Shown: piece by piece, positions 62,675-64,000 of the stretch
Layout: the number at the start of each line of letters is the position of its first letter
Position numbering within the stretch: the stretch's first letter is position 1
NCBI GenBank assembly: GCA_030390025.1
Contig: CM059432.1
Span: forward strand, 70,186,001 to 70,250,000
DNA length: 64,000 nt
Direction of reading: 5' to 3'
From: Squalus acanthias
Taxonomy: Eukaryota
Notes under the pieces: generated by a model
The model's input: the letters and a program-made list of their open reading frames with translations, nothing else
Told to the model about the DNA's origin: nothing
Database searches by the model: none
Translations under genes and position numbers: made by a program

Positions 62675-62840
62675 CACAGATCTGGAGGCTATATCCCTTG
62701 CCAGCTGTACCCTCACAGCCTTGGTTTCTTTGGCAGACCTCTTCCTCCGAGATGAGTGGAAGAGCACCTCCAAGCTCTCACCCCCTCAAACAACATTTGC
62801 AGCACCACATCTGAGAGCCTCGGGTAGGCCCTTGCCTTGG
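62675..62840 (-). pseudogene. Truncated, frameshifted Harbinger Myb/SANT-like ORF
   Basis: KARAYPRLSDVVLQMLFEGVR, then in a shifted frame LEVLFHSSRRKRSAKETKAVRVQLARDIASRSV: the N-terminal half of the Myb-like domain, convergent with the transposase. Confidence 0.65.
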
Positions 62841-63253
62841 AATTGGATATTCGTATCTCAAAAGATGTTGGAGGTGTGCAGGAGAAGCAGGAATGCTGTG
62901 GAGTGAGCCAAGAGAGCAAGAAGCCATAAAATCAGACTGGAAAAGTGCTGCCAACAGAGGCGAGTTTCAGTCCCAAAACACTAATTGAGGAAGGCATCCC
63001 ACACCTCTGAAATCAAGTGGATAATCATGAGAAAATCGCAAAATTTTGAAACCTATCAGTGGAGGCGAGTTTCAAACCCACCCAAACTGAAACCCGCCTC
63101 CATCTCGCCTCCAGTGGGAAAATCGCCCCCTACACTTCAAAATGCGGTATGTAAATACAAGTTCTTTCTTTCTATAAGCATCCTTTAAAAGCAGGACTGA
63201 AGAGATCATGGACCACAGGCTCTTCAGGATGCCCTGAGAATGTCAGAGTCTTC

Positions 63254-63937
63254 GGGCTGGATTTTCATTGACCCGTGGAGGTGGGTTTGGAGGCGTGTGG
63301 GGGGTTCAAATTGAGAAAACTGGCAGGAGGGCACAAGCCTACTCCCATCCCGCCTCCACGCAATTTTCATTAAATTGTGTCTGCTGGTCCCGACTCCGTC
63401 CCGCCTCTAAGAGGTGGGATAGGCTGTTAATGCCCTTAACAAGCACTAAATTGCCTATATAATGCCATTTTGAAAAGCCTTTGTGATTTTAACCCTTTTT
63501 CTACGTGAAGCATGCCTGTTCTGAACCACGAATGTGAAACCTGGCGGGAGCACATTTGGATAGCTGACTATGGCTGGCTGGCTGGGAGTGGTGGAGGAGA
63601 CATATCTGGGAGTGGTGGTGCACAAATATCTGGGAGTGGTGGTGCAAAAATATCTGGGAGCAGACTTAGGGCTGCTGCTGCTCATTTTGCATACAGGTCC
63701 TCTCACAGCAAAGGCCAGGCAGTCTTTGCAGACCTTCAATGCAGCAGCAATGATGACATCATCAGAGGCGACTTTCAGACTGAGAACACTAATTGGGTCA
63801 TGGGTTCCCACATGCTGGAACTCAATTGCCCAATTAGGTGAAAATCGCATCAATCTCCCACATCCAATTGCAGTCGGGTGGATACACGAAAAGTGGATGA
63901 CACGACCCCAACCCGCCCCAGTATCAAAATCCAGCCC
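63254..63937. mobile_element. Non-autonomous Harbinger-type element (684 bp) with an internal 24-bp tandem repeat
   Basis: Perfect TIRs GGGCTGGATTTT / AAAATCCAGCCC (identical to those of 11531-12374), TSD TTC; CTGGGAGTGGTGGTGCACAAATAT-type unit x3 at ~63582-63660. Confidence 0.88.
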
Positions 63938-64000
63938 TTCATCTTCCACACTCTCCCCAACTCCTCTTGCACAATCACACTCAGTACATCACCTTGTGCA

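Larger units (their letters stand above)
60658..63130 (+). mobile_element. PIF/Harbinger DNA transposon, 2473 bp, both ends intact
   Basis: Perfect 13-bp TIRs GGGGGCGATTTTC / GAAAATCGCCCCC, TSD TAC (60655-60657 and 63131-63133); transposase on +, Myb remnant on -. Confidence 0.95.
60321..63170 (+). mobile_element. DeuSINE copy split by a Harbinger transposon: parts 60321-60657 and 63134-63170
   Basis: Same head and core as 2257-2710. ACAACAGAGACTAC|...|ACTTCAAAA rejoins once the transposon and one TAC are removed. Confidence 0.85.

Noticed and set aside
63582..63660. 24-bp repeats as a CRISPR-like array
   Set aside because: Head-to-tail tandem units without unique spacers, inside a eukaryotic MITE.

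Overview
Repeat-dense vertebrate genomic DNA, most likely from a shark or other cartilaginous fish. That assignment is inferred from the DeuSINE/SacSINE1-like SINEs, abundant CR1/L2 LINEs and Harbinger elements. The only host-gene coding sequence I can support is one 200-nt internal exon (19876-20075, + strand) of the XK-related scramblase gene XKR4 (exon 2), so the window appears to be intron 1 | exon 2 | intron 2 of XKR4. The rest is a layered transposon landscape: CR1 LINEs (one with an unbroken 541-codon RT ORF), a second CR1-group LINE family, L2 (one near full length), an RTE 3' end, tRNA-derived SINEs, a solo LTR, pogo/Tigger-like and hAT-like MITEs, and many PIF/Harbinger elements. One 2.47-kb Harbinger has perfect TIRs, a TSD and a transposase broken by a single stop. 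The most unusual items are short Penelope-type segments with minimal hammerhead-ribozyme folds (one a 128-bp insert with a 12-bp target duplication), Harbinger-type elements with heterogeneous 3-bp TSDs and a shared subterminal GGAGGCGGG motif, deep nested insertions, and a ~490-bp CA-rich microsatellite just upstream of the XKR4 exon. I see no convincing evidence for a wholly new biological system. Family names come from my recognition of motifs, not database searches, and boundaries of degenerate repeats are approximate.
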